This document shows, piece after piece, positions 1-12,532 of a DNA stretch of 64,000 bases (its first letter is position 1; the number at the start of each line of letters is the position of its first letter). The notes under the pieces were generated by a model that saw only the letters and a list, made by a program, of their open reading frames with translations, was not told where the DNA came from and searched no databases. Source of the DNA: Scyliorhinus canicula (Eukaryota); the NCBI RefSeq assembly GCF_902713615.1, contig NC_052160.1, forward strand, positions 26,048,083-26,112,082, written 5' to 3'. The translations under genes were made by a program, and so were the position numbers.

Positions 1-1270
1 TGTGAGGCCTGTGTTCATGACATTTTAATGATCAATGTTCATGAATCTAAGTGTCTTTGGACTCCACAGCTCTAAAATTTCACCATTTAGAAAGTTCGAT
101 CCTTTTTAGGACTAACGAGCATCACCTCCCATTTGCCCACATTAAAGTATTTTTGCAGTTTTGACAATTCACTTAGTCTATTAATTCTTCTTTATATTTT
201 TACGCTTCCACCTACACTACTTACAATGACACCTATCTTTGTGTCATTGCCAAACTTGGAGATCCCATCATTAATAAATACAGAAAAATAGTGGAGGTCC
301 CAACACGCAACCCTGTGGGACCCACTAGTCACTCCCTGCCAATTAGAGTATCTGCCCTTTATCCCTAGTCTCCATTTCCTGCCACTCAGCTCATATCCGA
401 ACAAGGTCAATGAGAACATAAGGACTGGGAACAGGAGTGGGCAATTCCCTCCCTCAAGCCTGTTCCACCATTTGAAATGATCATGGCTGATCTCCTCTCG
501 GCTTTCACTTTCCTGCCCATTCTCCAGAACCCTTGAACCCATTACTAATTAAAAATCTGTTTATCTCCTCCTTAAATTTACTCAATGTCCTGGTTTCCAC
601 TATCTCTGGGGTAGTGAATTCTACAGATTTACGATCTTTTGAGAGAAGTAATTTCTCATCTAGGTTTTAAATCTGCTACCCCTTATACTAAAACTGTGAC
701 CTCTCGTTCTAGATTTCCCCATGTTGACTTCATCAATACCATTTATCATCTTATCTCCCTCAATTAGATCTCCTCTCATTCATCTAAACTCGAGATCTAA
801 ACTGGTCAATCTCGCTTAATAGGACAAACCCCTCTCCTCTCTGGAATCAATCGAGAGAACCCTCTCTGAATTGCCTCTAATGCAACTGCATCCCTCTTCA
901 AATAAGGGGACCAAAAAAGCAGACAAGGTGCGATCTCACCAATGCCTTGTACAGTTGCAGCAAAACTTCCCGACTTTTATACTCTATCCCTTTAGCTGTA
1001 AAGCCAAAATTCCATTTGCCTTCCTTATTACCTGCTAGAACTGCATGCTAGTTTTCTGCGACTCAGGCACAAAGACATCCAGATCACTATAAACGGAAGA
1101 CTCTGATGTTCCTCTCCATTTAGATAATAAGTTGCTGTTCCATTTTTCCGACCAGAATGGATAACCTCACATTTGTCCACATTAAACTCCATCTGCCAAA
1201 TTTTGGCCCATGCACCTATCTGTATCCATTTGTATATTTCTTATTTCCTGATTGCAGCTTACTATCCCTC
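1..1270 (-). mobile_element. Degenerate CR1/HER1-type LINE fragments (RT C-terminus and 3' end)
   Basis: Minus-strand remnants 'SNWQGVTSG', 'ISKFGNDTKIG' typical of CR1 RT; nested CR1 3' tail near 415-480; boundaries approximate. Confidence 0.7.
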
Positions 1271-1319
1271 CTACATAGAAAATAGGAGGAGACCATTCGA
1301 GCTTGTTCCGCCAATTATT

Positions 1320-1498
1320 ATCTCCGGGTGCTCTGGTTTCCTCCCACAAGTCCAGAAAGACGTGCTGTTAGGTAATTTGGACGTTCGGAATTCTCCCTCT
1401 TGTGTACTGACAGACGCCGGAATCTGGCGACTAGAGGCTTTTCAAAGTAACTTCATTGCAGTGTTAATGTAAGCCTATATGTGACAATAAAGATTATA
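1320..1498 (+). mobile_element. V-SINE 3' half with Rex1-like tail
   Basis: V core 'ctccgggtgctctggtttcctcccacaagtcc' followed by 'ggcttttcaaagtaacttcattgcagtgttaatgtaagcctatatgtgacaataaag'. Confidence 0.65.
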
Positions 1499-1572
1499 AA
1501 TCATCAAGTTCAATACCTTGCTCCCACCTCCCCCCCCCCAATCACTCAATCCCTTTATCCCCAAGAGCTATA

Positions 1573-1890
1573 TAGAATCATAGAATCTCTACAGAGCAGA
1601 AGGAGGCCAATCAGCCCATCGAGTCAGCGCCAACTCTTGAAAGGAGTACCCGACCTAGGCCCGACCCTATCCCCACCTAATCTTTTGGATACTAATCTGC
1701 AATTTAGCATGGCCAAACCACCTAACCTGCACTTCTTTGGGTTGTGGGAGGAAACCGGGGGGAGGAAACCGGAGCACCCGGAGGAAATCCACCCAGACAC
1801 GGGGAGAAAGTGCAAACCACACAGATGAGGCCGGAATTGAACCCGGATCCCTGGTGCTGTGATGCAGCAGTGCTAACCATTGTGCCATGA
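1573..1890 (-). mobile_element. HE1-type SINE (tRNA head, V core, CR1/HER1 tail)
   Basis: Minus strand: A/B-box head, 'gtttgcactttctccccgtgtctgggtgg' core, tail 'ggcctccttctgctctgtagagattctatgattcta'. Confidence 0.75.
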
Positions 1891-2384
1891 TGGCACCAAA
1901 TTATCTAATTTCTTCTTGAAATTGCACAATGTTTTGCATCAACTACTTCTTGTGGTAGTGAATTCCATAGATTCCCCATTCTTTCTGATGAAGAAATTTC
2001 TCCTTGCCTCAGCCCTAAAAGTTTAACCCCTCATCCTCAAATTCTGACCCCTAGTTCTGGACTGCTCTACCATTGGGAACATTCTTTCTGAATCTACCTG
2101 GTCTAATTCTGTTAGAATTGGAGAAGTTTCTATGAGATTTCCCCCCCCCCACTCCTCACTCTTCTGCAAATTTGGCTGTAGTACCTTCTATCCCTACATC
2201 TAATAATTTGTCTTCAGTTCCATGAAGTTTAACTTTAGCTAACAGTCTCTGATCTGGGTCTTTTATCAAATGCCTTCTGAAGTCCAAATAAATAATATCC
2301 ATTAGTAATTTCCCTGTCCATTACTTTAGTCATGTCTCCAAAAATTCAATCAGGTCATCAGGCATGACCTATCCGTTACTTTAA

Positions 2385-2607
2385 AAAAAAAATGTTAAGA
2401 GTGTCCAATTATTATTTTTTTAATTAAGGGGCAATTTAACGTGGCCAATCCACCTACACTGCAAATCTTTGGGTTGTGGGGGCGAAACCCACGCAAACAC
2501 AGGGAAAATGTACAAACTCCACACAGACAGTGACCCTGAGCTGGGATCGAACCTGGGACCTCGGTGCCGTGAGGCAGCAGTACTAACCACTGCGCCACCG
2601 TGCTCCC
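2385..2607 (-). mobile_element. A-tailed V-SINE
   Basis: Same ~220-bp unit as about 20 other copies in the window. Confidence 0.85.
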
Positions 2608-3069
2608 TGACCTATCCTTTACAACTCCATGTTGGCTCTCTCTGAACAGCTGAAAATGTTGAAGCTGTTCACTGTTATTGTTACTTTGCCAACCTAAATG
2701 TTGGTTATAACAGGAATTAATGGTGTACAATATAGATTTTTAATCTTAAAAATAGTAAAACTGTTTGTAATAAAAACTATGAAGTTGCTTATTTTTTCAA
2801 GTTTTTAAAATATTTGACTTATGCTGTCTCAAGAAACTAGTCAAGAACAAAGCTGCATACAACTTTGACTTGTCTTGTAATCATTTTGAATAGATATAAG
2901 TGCATGGGAATTTTGAGATATGTCAGTGAAACCTAATGTGCAACAAGCATTCATGAACAGCAACAGGCAAAATTATTCGGTCACAAAATCTGACCTGGAC
3001 CTGCCTTTTACTTACTCCATCTCAAAAAAAAGCAGTTTGATAGTAGAAAACTTGAGTATTCCTGAAAAA

Positions 3070-3262
3070 AGAATTGTTGTCAAAGCTCTTCACGTTGCAC
3101 TCATCAGAACATTTGCAAGGATACAATGCAAGGGAAATCAACAAATTTATACTGTATGGGAAGAGGGTGTTGATTGGTTGGCAAGTGCACTCTGATTGGT
3201 GGAGGTGTTGCCATGAGAATGCACCAGTTCATGGTGATTGACAGTTAGCTGCTAAGCATTGT
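3070..3262. repeat. Interspersed repeat fragment, probably a Penelope-like element terminus
   Basis: 'caaagctcttcacgttgcactcatcagaac...gattggttggcaagtgcactctgattgg' resembles a recurrent shark repeat; family recalled, not verified. Confidence 0.35.
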
Positions 3263-4107
3263 TGCTCTTTTCCCAAAGAAAATGCAATATTTTGATCCGA
3301 TTGGCTCAAATGATCTTGGTTCATACCAGAGGAAAATGTGAAAACGGAGGAGAGAAGAACAAGTTATTATTCATATTATTCTTGTCAGCTGTTTTACCCA
3401 GGTATTTCTCTGAACCACATCACAAATCTATCTAACTGCAGCAAAATCATTGGATTGTCCAATAAGTACATAAAGGCAAGTCAAATGATCCGTACCTGCA
3501 GTACTAGTTAATGACCCAGAAATATTACCAAGATGATTGGATTTTGCTTTGGAGACAATGTATGGGATTTTATCAATTAACTTTAAGGAATTCTGTTCAT
3601 TTAGGCTCCTCCAGCAATGGTTGTTCCCTAGTCTGTCATTCTGACTGGATATTCTTCACCAGGTGCTGAGTTTATAAACCTAGGTGCTGAGTGTCAACAA
3701 GCTAATTGACTATGGACACATGCTCAATCCTGCCATCAAAGATTCACTTTTCAACATGGGTTGCTGGACAATGATTAGTAAATCGATGAAAGGTCATCAA
3801 CTGAAATGTTAACTCAATCTCTCTATCGATTGATGCTGCCAGACCCAAAGAGCTTTCAGCATATAAAACTCCTCTCAATAACCTGCTCAACAATTAATAT
3901 CTGGTATTGCTCGTAAAGGAAAATTGTTTCTCAGTAGTCACATGCATTATTTTCTTCTGTTAATTTCATAAATTTAAATCAACTGGTAATCAATCACCAA
4001 GGGACTTTTGCAAATGACCAATAAAAATAATTCAGTACAGCAGTGAAAATACAGTGCTGAAACTACAATACTTCTCTTATTTTACAATTAATCTGCGAGG
4101 CACTCAC

Positions 4108-4321
4108 AACAACCTCCCCATATCAGTTCTCTTCCCCTCTTCTGCCAAATACCATGAGTCAATATGGGGCACATGGCTAGGAATTATTTCATCCAAGTGG
4201 CCAGTTTGGGACTCTGAACACAAGGTGTGTCTGGGCCAAACAGTGCATCTTACATTCGTAGCAATAGCACTTTCTCTACCTCTGTATAATCTCAGTGGCT
4301 GTATCATCAGATAATTCATTA
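4108..4321 (-). other. Candidate second exon of the divergent transcript (possible coding start MNYLMIQPLRLY...)
   Basis: Acceptor tgtttgtttcttggtacccag|TAATG at 4322/4321, ATG 4319-4317, open frame of 70 codons to donor TT|GTGAGT at 4108/4107; no recognisable homology. Confidence 0.35.
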
Positions 4322-4671
4322 CTGGGTACCAAGAAACAAACACAACCATTATTTCTCAAATATTATTTATTGACTTATTTACAGTAGTTGTCATCCGTTT
4401 AAATCAGAAAATTGTCAAAAATCCCTGACTGCAACTTACCAAAAAAAAGATTTTACAATTCTGACAAAACCATGTCCAGGAACAACATAACACCAACAAA
4501 AGTGGTTAACGTCAAAATGTGTGACAGATAATTACAGGTTGCACAGACATAAAGGAAGGATCTGTCAGGATCTCTGCAACACAGCCAGGCCAACACCAGT
4601 GCCCATACTTTCAAAGGACCGTTAAAAAAAAAAATCAGACGTCCAAGTTAAAAAAAGACGACAGAGTTTAG

Positions 4672-4790
4672 TGACACTAGCCTTTCAGTCTCAGATCTGG
4701 GTTCAAATCCAGTCGCGGCTGACGGGATGAAAGTCTCCTTCCGCTGCAAGAATTCCCACGGTAAATGGGTTGAGTTAAAATCTCAAGCGG
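4672..4790 (+). mobile_element. Old tRNA-derived SINE head, LF-SINE-like
   Basis: 'agcctttcagtctcagatctgggttcaaatccag...gaaagtc' resembles the LF-SINE head (B box GGTTCAAATCC). Confidence 0.4.
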
Positions 4791-5194
4791 AGGAGTGATT
4801 CCCAGTTGGAAGCTGTCACTCAGTGATGCGACAGGACAGGTGCTGGGATATTAAATGCGGAGACTATTCGCGCGGGTGGGGGTAGATTTTCTGGTTTGGG
4901 GAATTAAATCTGTACCCGAGCCCAGGCCTCCCTTTCACACCCAAGCACGAATGGCGAGAGTCAGGGGTAGAATGCAGGAAATCGGCCCGTCCACCCTCCT
5001 CTCCCTCCCTCGGATTCCTTTCGGGCCTTTCAGCCGCAGAGAGGTCGCAGTCTCCTTTGCTCCCGGGACTGTGGAGAGGCGGCAGATGTGCAGCCCGTCC
5101 CCCGAGGCTCTTTAACGGCTTCATTCACAGGAAAGGAGGAGAGGGAAACAAACCCGCGCTTCCAGCTTGAACACGGTACCGTTCTCCGCCTCAC

Positions 5195-5285
5195 CGGGAG
5201 GAGGTGGCGCCGCCACCGAGTGGGAGCCGGAGCAACAGCGCGAAATGGCGCCGAGAAACCAGCACCGCAGCTTTCAGCTTCCGGA
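5195..5285 (-). other. Putative non-coding first exon of divergent transcript
   Basis: Consensus donor at 5194 inside the CpG island; TSS position approximate. Confidence 0.5.
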
Positions 5286-5509
5286 GGGAAACATAATCCC
5301 CTTCAGAAACAATTTAACAGAATACACCGTCAGTTCACCTTTTCGTTCGCTGAAAAAAACTTGCATTCATACTTTGAGAAGTAGCGCACTTAATTAAGAC
5401 GGCAGCTGTTTTGTTTTGGTTCCGTATCGAATTAATGGATGGAAATGAGTAATTCAGTCAGGTTGACCGGACATCAATTAGGCGCGCACATTGCAAAACG
5501 TCATCTCTG

Positions 5510-5581
5510 CGCACCGATATTTGGGTGTCGCGGAGTGATTGCGTTTGTGTCAACGTTAAATGTGGGCATCAGCTGCTTCTG
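5510..5581 (+). other. STK19: STK19 first (5'UTR) exon, start approximate
   Basis: Donor CTG|GTGAGG at the CpG-island edge; next acceptor at 8398 lies 2 nt before the ATG. Confidence 0.6.
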
Positions 5582-5929
5582 GTGAGGGGCGAAGCAGCGG
5601 CAATAACAACCAAAACAACTCGCAGCTTGGGTGGTTCAGGTAATTATGTTAACGGGGTGTTGTATCTCGACTTGACTATCCCAACGCACTTCCTTAGCTG
5701 GCCTCTCTTCATCTTAAGCAAACTTGAAGTCATCCAAAACTCAGCTGCCTTAACCCGAACTTGCAGCAAGTCTCCCTCCCCTATCGCCCCTGTGCTCACT
5801 GACCTACAGTGGCTTCTAGTCAAGAAATGTCTTGATTCAAAGCTTCCATCCTTGCTTTCTAATGCATACATTTCAATGGCATTACCGGCACTGATCTTAC
5901 ATGTTTGTGTGATGGGGTTGTCACTGGCT

Positions 5930-7800
5930 AGGCATGGATAATTGCCCACCCTTAATTATCCTTGAGGGAGTGCTGAGCTGCTTTTTGAACTGCTGCATGC
6001 TGTGTAGGAACATTCATAGTGCTGTTAGGAAGGGAGCTCCAGGATTTTGACCCAGTGACAGTGAAGGAATGGTGACTACAGTTCAAGTTGGTAATGCCAA
6101 GGTGAGAGAATCTCTTTTGTTAGAGATGGTCGTTGCCTGGCACTTGTGAGGTGTGAATGTTACTTGCTACTTATTAGCCCCAAATCTTGCCTAGGTCTTG
6201 CTGTTTATGGATATGGACTGCTTCAGTATTTGAGGAGTCGTTAATAGTGTGGAACATTGTGCAATCATCAGCAAAAGTTCCCACTTCTGATTTTTGATAG
6301 AGGGAAGGCTAAGATGGTTGGGCCTAGGCCGCCATCTGTGGAAGTCCTGCAGTGATGTCCTAGGACTCCTATCAGTGAATCTCCACTATCAACATCCTGG
6401 AGGTTACCATTGCCCAGCCATATAAATACTGTGGCTACACTAGCAGGAAAGAGGCTGGGAATTCTTTGGCAAGTAACTCACTTCCTGAGTCCCCAAAGCC
6501 TGTCCAGAAATGAGGGACAATTCAGGAGTGTGATGGAGTACTCTCTGCTTAACTAGATCAGTGTGACTCCAACACCCAAGATGTTTGACATCCAGGGTAA
6601 AATGGCCCATTTTTGGGACCCCATCTACCATCTTCAACATTGACTACTGACACATAATGTGTACTATCTGAAAGGTGCACTGCAGTAGCTCACCAAGGCT
6701 CTTTTGTCAGCACCTTCTAAACTTGTGACCTCTATCACCTAGAAAGACAAGGGCAGCAGAATTTTTCAAAAATTATTTATGGGATGTGGGCGTCGCTGGC
6801 TCTGCCAGCATTTATTGCCCATCCCTAATTTCCTTTGAGAAGGTGATGGTGAACTGCTTTCTTGAGCTACTGCAGTCCCTTTGGTGTAGGTACACCCACA
6901 GTGCTGTTAGTGGGTCGCAGAGTTTTGACCCAGTGTCAGTAAAGGAACAGCTATATATTTCCAACTCAGGGTGGTGAGTGACTTGGAGGGAACATCCAAG
7001 TGGTGGTGTTCCAATGTGCCTTCTGCCCTTGTCCTTGTAGATGGTAGCAGTTATGGGTTTGGCAGGTGTTGCCTAAAGAGCTTTGGTGAGTTCCTGCCGT
7101 GCATTTGTAAGTGGTACACAATGCTGCTACTGTGCGTCAGTGGTGGAGGGAGTGAATGTTTGTAGAAGGAGTGCCAATCAAATGGGCTTCTTTGTCTTGG
7201 CTGGTGTCAAACTGCATAGTGTTGTTGGAGCTACATTCATCCAGGTAAGTGGAGAGTATTCTATCACACTTCTGACTTGTACCTTGTAGATGGTAAACAT
7301 GACTTGGGGAGTCAGGGGGTGAGTTACTCACCCCAGCATTCCTAGCCTCTGATCTGCTCTTGTTGACACAGTATTTATATGGTTAGTCCAGATGCTGTTC
7401 TTTCACTGTTGCTGAGTCAAAATCATGAAAAGAGCAATGTTGGTGTTCCTATACCAAGTGGGCAGTTGTTCAAGAAGGTGACTCACCACCACAGTCTAAA
7501 GGCCAATTGTGGATGGGCAACAAACATTGCATGAAAGAATTAAAAATCTCTCCATGGTTTTCCTGCCTTGATCTTACTCTCTCAATCCTTGGAATCTACC
7601 AAGTCTGTAATGAAGTCAAAAGCTGAGAGGTACCCAAACTGAGCAATGGGCAGGCTATTGCTAAGTGCTGCTGGATAGCATTGTATATCACATTCCATTA
7701 CTTAGCCTATGATTTAAGAGTGGACTGATGGGATGGTAATTGGCCTTACTGATTTGTCCTACTTCTTGTGGACTGGACATACCTGGGCAACGTCCACATT
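5930..7800. mobile_element. Nested degenerate LINE fragments (CR1/L2 superfamily) in both orientations
   Basis: Recurrent 3' end 'gggatgtgggcgtcgctggc...ttgcccatccctaatt' at 6781 and related copies at 5925 and, inverted, near 7500. Confidence 0.55.
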
Positions 7801-7934
7801 GACGGATGGCTAGTTCTGTTAAGTTTACTTGAATTCACAATCACTTGATTGGGCAGAAGTATATAATGCTTTGGTGACATTAATGCAATGGTAATTTTAT
7901 AACTTGCATGGTTCCAATTGGAGATCCCATTTTA

Positions 7935-8220
7935 CTTGTTTCAACTTCTGAGTCAGAAAATTGTGGGTTCAAGTCCCGCTTCAGAAATAACTGAGCACAT
8001 CATCCAGGCTGACACCTGAGTGTATGCAATACGGTTGGAGGTCCTGTCGTTTGGATGGAACCCTCATGCAAGGCTTATCTGTCCTCAAGTGAACATAAAA
8101 GATCCCATTATACCATTTTGAAAATGAGAATGGAAGTGCTCCTGGTATTCTAGTCAATGCTTATTCTCAATCAAATGTCTTGAGGTCATGAAAGGTGCTA
8201 TATAAATGCAAGTCTTTCTT
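7935..8220 (+). mobile_element. Deu-SINE (SacSINE1-like) with L2-type tail
   Basis: 'ctgagtcagaaaattgtgggttcaagtccc...aaaagatccca...gaaaggtgctatataaatgcaagtctttc'. Confidence 0.7.
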
Positions 8221-8400
8221 TTGGTGAAATGGTCAAAGTCCTTTTTGAGCAGTTTCAATTGTACTGAGTAGCATATGATATATTATTATGGATGGTTGTT
8301 TAAGTGAAAATGTTGCACTTGGAACTGACACCGTTACAGATGAGATTCTTTTACTGTGCAATGTTTCAATTGCTATCTTTTTCTATTCTTAATTACAGTA

Positions 8401-8515
8401 ATGAATCGGAAAAGAAACTTGATACCAGATGTTTTTCGGCAAGTGAAGAAACACAAGTCTGGGTTAGCAGAAGACTTCAAGTTGGTGGACAAGACAGAAG
8501 CTGAAAATGTTGATG
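8401..8515 (+). CDS. STK19: STK19/WHR1 coding exon 1
   Basis: ag|TA ATG; MNRKRNLIPDVF matches human MSWKRHHLIPETF; donor G|GTAAC, phase 1. Confidence 0.9.
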
Positions 8516-8654
8516 GTAACACTGAATGTTTGAATGATACAACTGGAATTTCACTTGTTATCACAAGTTTTCATCTCCTAGCATTTTGTCTGTAGCCTTA
8601 CAGGTTATAGCACTTGCATATCCAGACACATTTAAAATGAGGGTTTCTGCCTAG

Positions 8655-9830
8655 AAACAGAGGAACAGGAGTAGGCCATTCATCCCCTCAAACCTGTCCC
8701 ACCACCATTCAATGAGATCATGGCTAATGTGTGACCCAACTCCATATACCTGCCTTTGGCCTATATCCCTTAACACCTTTGCTTAACAAAAACCTATCTA
8801 TGTCAGGCTTGGAATGAACAACTGATTTAGCTTCAACTGCTATTTATGGGAGACAGTTCCAAACCTCTACCACCCTTTGAATGAAAAAGTTCTTCCTAAC
8901 ATCTTTCCTGAATCGTCTAGCCCTAATTTTTAGAATATGCCCCTAGTTTTAGAATCTCCAACCAGTGGAAAAAATGTACTTTATCTACCCTGTATTTCCC
9001 TGTTAATATCTTGAATACTTCGATCTGATCGTTCTTTAGCCTTCTAAATTCTAGTTAAAACAGGTCTAATTTGAATAATCTCTCCTCGTAACTCAACCCC
9101 TGTAAACCAGGTATCATTTTAGTAAACCTATGCTGCACTCCCTCCAAGGCCAAAATATTCTTCCTAAGGTGTGGTGCCAGAACTGCTGATAGTACTCCAA
9201 GTGGAGTCTAACCAATGTTTTGTATAATTGCAGCATAACCCCTGTGTCGGTATGTCCCAATTCTCTAGATATAAAGGCTAGCGTTCCATTAGCCTTTTAA
9301 ATTATTTTCTGCACTTTTCTGTGACATTTTAAGGACCTATGCACCTGAACCACCAAGTCTCTTTAGGCATCCGCTGCACCTAATCTCTTTCCATTTAGAA
9401 CACCCATTCAGACAGCGAGTTCCAGACCCCTACAATGCTCTGGGTGAGAAAGGTTTTCCTCATCTTCCCTCAAATCCTTCTACCAATCACTCTAATTCTA
9501 TTCCCTCTAGTCATTGATCTGTCTGCTAAGTAAATAGGTCGTTCCTATCCATTCTATTTAGGCCCCTCAAAATTTTATACCTCTCAATCAAATTTACCCT
9601 CAGCCTCCTCTGATCCAAGGAGAACAGCCCCCAGCCTATCCAATAGTTGCAATTTTCAAGCCCTGGAAGTGTATTCTGTAGCCTCTCTAATGCAATTAAA
9701 CCCTTCTGTAATGAGGTGACCAGAACTGCACATGCTATTCTAGAGATAGTTTATATAAATCCAGCATAACCTCCCTGCTCTTGTACTCTATGCCTCAGCT
9801 AATAAAGGAAAGGAGCATCCCCAAACCTCA
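8655..9830 (-). mobile_element. CR1/HER1 LINE 3' fragments
   Basis: Tail 'aggagtaggccattcatcccctcaaacctg...' and RT C-terminal remnants. Confidence 0.65.
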
Positions 9831-10017
9831 CTTGCACCTTCCAATTGTCCGACCCACTTCTATAATCCTCAACCTAACTATACTAAAACTACATTAAAAC
9901 TTCTAGCTTGAAACTTCTCGCTTGTTACACAGGAAAATGTAAGAAATAGGAGGAGTGTAGGCCATTTGGCCTCCAGAGCCATTCAATACAGTCATAGAAC
10001 ATGATCTTCTATCTCAA

Positions 10018-10521
10018 TGGCAAATAAGGGGCAATTTAGCACGGCCAATCCACCTACCCTGCACTTCTTTTGGGTTGTGAGGGTGAGACCCACGCAGACA
10101 CAGGGAGAATGTGCAAACTCCACACGGACAGTGACCCGGGGCTGGGATTGAACCCAGCTCCTCGGCGGCGTGAGGCAGCAGTGTTAACCACTGTGCCACC
10201 CTTCGTGTCTCTTTCTTGACCTGTCCCTATTTCCCTTGATTTCCTTAATGCCCAACAAATCTATCAAATCTCAATCTTTTTTTTTTATTAAAAAAAATTT
10301 TTTTTTTTTTTTTAGAGTACCCAATTATTTTTTCCAATTAAGGGGCAATTTAGCGTGGCCAATACGCCTATCCTGCACATCTTTGGGTTGTGGGGGTGAA
10401 ACCCATGCAGACACGGGGAGAACGTGCAAACTCCACATGGACAGTGACCCAGGGCCGGGATTCGAACCCAGTCCTCAGCGCCGTAGGCAGCAATGCTAAC
10501 CACTGTGCCACTGTGCTGCCC
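10018..10521 (-). mobile_element. Two tandem A-tailed V-SINE copies
   Basis: Copies at about 10018-10202 and 10290-10521. Confidence 0.85.
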
Positions 10522-10544
10522 TTCAATCTCAATCTTGATTAGAT

Positions 10545-11480
10545 TTTTTAGATCTAGATTTATTGTCACCTGTACCGAGGTACAGTGTAAAATATTGTTC
10601 TGTGTACAGTCCAGGCAGATTACTCCATATATGAAAACTTGGAACATACGATAAATACACAATGTAAATACATAACCATAGACATTGGGTGATGCATATG
10701 GAGTATAGTGCTACAACTGCAGAGAAGATGCACAGAAAGATCAGTTCAGTCCATAAGAGGGTAATTCAGGAGTCTTGTAACAGTGGGGAAGAAGCTGTTT
10801 TTGAATCTATTGCTGCATTTTCTCATACTTTCGTATCTCCTGCCCGATGGAAGAGAGAATAACCTGGGTGGGAGGGTCTTTGATTATGCTGCTACCTTTT
10901 CCAAGGCAGTGGGCGATGTAGACAAAGTAAATGGATGGGAGGCTGGCCCGTGTGATGGACTGGGCTGTGTGCAAGACTCTCAGTATTTTCCTAATGGTAT
11001 CGGACCAAGCAGTTGCCATATCAAGCTGCGATACAGCAAGATACTTTTTATGGTACATCGTAAAAATTGGTAAGTCATTTTGCACATGCTGTATTTCCTG
11101 AGGAAATATAGGCATTGTTGTGCTTTCTTGGTTGTAGCGTCAACTTGGGTAGACCAGGACAGATTGTTGGTGATGTTTACACCTAGGAATTTGAAGCTGT
11201 CAACCACCTTAGCATCATTGATACAGACAGGGGCGTGGATGACACTTTGCTTCCTGAAATTGATGAGGGAGAGATTGTTGTCATTACACCATGCCACTAG
11301 GTTCTCTATTTCCCTCCTGTACTCTGATTTGTTGTTGTTTGAGATCCAACCCAGTATAGTCGTGCCATCAGAAAACTTGTGGATGGAGTTGGAGCCAAAT
11401 TTTGTCACAGTCGTGTGTGTATCAGGAGTATAATAGGGACAGTCTTGTGGGACCCCAGTTTTGAGGACTATCGTGGAAGA
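10545..11480 (-). mobile_element. Rex1/Babar LINE, 5'-truncated
   Basis: ORF 10980-11408 'HKFSDGTT...FKFLGVNITNNLSW...KKAQQCLYFLRK'; 3' end 'cactgtacctcggtacaggtgacaataaa'. Confidence 0.8.
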
Positions 11481-11661
11481 GGTAGATACTCATTGACTGA
11501 ACCCTCTGGTGTTGAGAAGGCTGACTCTTTATCCTGAGAGCACACAGAAATGTGTTTTCATTGAGATTACTGCAATGGTATAGTGCAATTTATTTGAATG
11601 CTGTTTGCAAAGACTTGAATCCAAAAAATTTACAATTGTTTATCTTTACATTTTTCAACAG

Positions 11662-11807
11662 GCGTGCCAAATGATACTAAATCCGCGCTTATTTTTTTAG
11701 CGTCCTTATTTCCTCGCAAGTTATTTGATGATTCTCTTCCGCCTATAGTTCTAAAACACCAACTTTACAGTATTGTTAAAGACAAAACTACAGTTGATCG
11801 TCAACTG
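11662..11807 (+). CDS. STK19: STK19 coding exon 2
   Basis: LFPRKLFDDSLPPIVLKHQLYS..DRQL matches human LFPRGLFEDALPPIVLRSQVYS..DRQL; ag/gt boundaries in phase. Confidence 0.95.
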
Positions 11808-12532
11808 GTAAGTCTATTATTATGTGAAGCTACTGTCTGTTGTTTAAGCATGTGGAGAACTGAGATATTCAAAGAAGATTCATACTCCACAGATACTGCC
11901 AGACTGAGTTTTTCGAGCATTTTGTTTTGATTTCAGATCTCCAGCGTTTGCAGTATTTTGCTTTTATAGGCTTGTAATTATGTATGTAAGATAATTAGCC
12001 ATATTTCATCAGGGGCCATAGGCATCTCTCTCTGTTAGAGAGAGACAAGTAAGTGATCATATAGCTTGAGGGCACCATTTTGCATCAAGCATGGGACAGG
12101 CCCCCATGAATGACGACAGCCGTAATGGGAATTGAACACACTGTTGGTGTCATTCTGTACCACATTCTAGCCATCTGGTCAACTGCACTAGCTCAAGTTT
12201 TGGTCGATAAGTCACTCTATATTCATTTCAATTCCTTGTTCAGTAAAACAAAAAATCCTGGAACCACTTGACAGTCAGACAGCATCTCTGGAGAGAGAAA
12301 CATTTCAAGGTGATGATGTTTCTTCAGTATTCCCTCATCACTGTCATTTTAGATTAAGTGCTCAAATCCCTGGAGTGAGATGTGAACACACAACCTTCTG
12401 CCTACCCACTGAACCAAGACTGCTTCTGTGACTAATTATAATCACCTACTCCCTAATGTTAAGAATCTCAGGATATTCAAATTGATCTAAATCATAATAG
12501 TGCCATTGTTTTCATTCCTGTATGTTGATCAG

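Larger units (their letters stand above)
4850..5620. promoter_or_regulatory. CpG island / bidirectional promoter (STK19 on +, unknown transcript on -)
   Basis: Dense CpG against a CpG-depleted background; outward-facing donors CCG|GTGAGG (- strand, 5195/5194) and CTG|GTGAGG (+ strand, 5581/5582); ETS-like CTTCCGG near 5278-5284; YY1-like AAATGGCG near 5243-5250. Confidence 0.75.

Noticed and set aside
3496-3650. Additional minus-strand coding exon (~50 open codons ending at a CAG|GTACG donor)
   Set aside because: No clear acceptor and no recognisable protein similarity
4105-4312. C/D or H/ACA snoRNA (TGATGA...CTGA on -, ccccatat/atatgggg hairpin followed by ACA on +)
   Set aside because: Poor terminal stem, no convincing second hairpin and no recognisable rRNA/snRNA guide; an Infernal/Rfam scan would settle it
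4104-4349. DXO/DOM3Z as the divergent gene
   Set aside because: No DXO motifs in any frame of the unique sequence 1-5300
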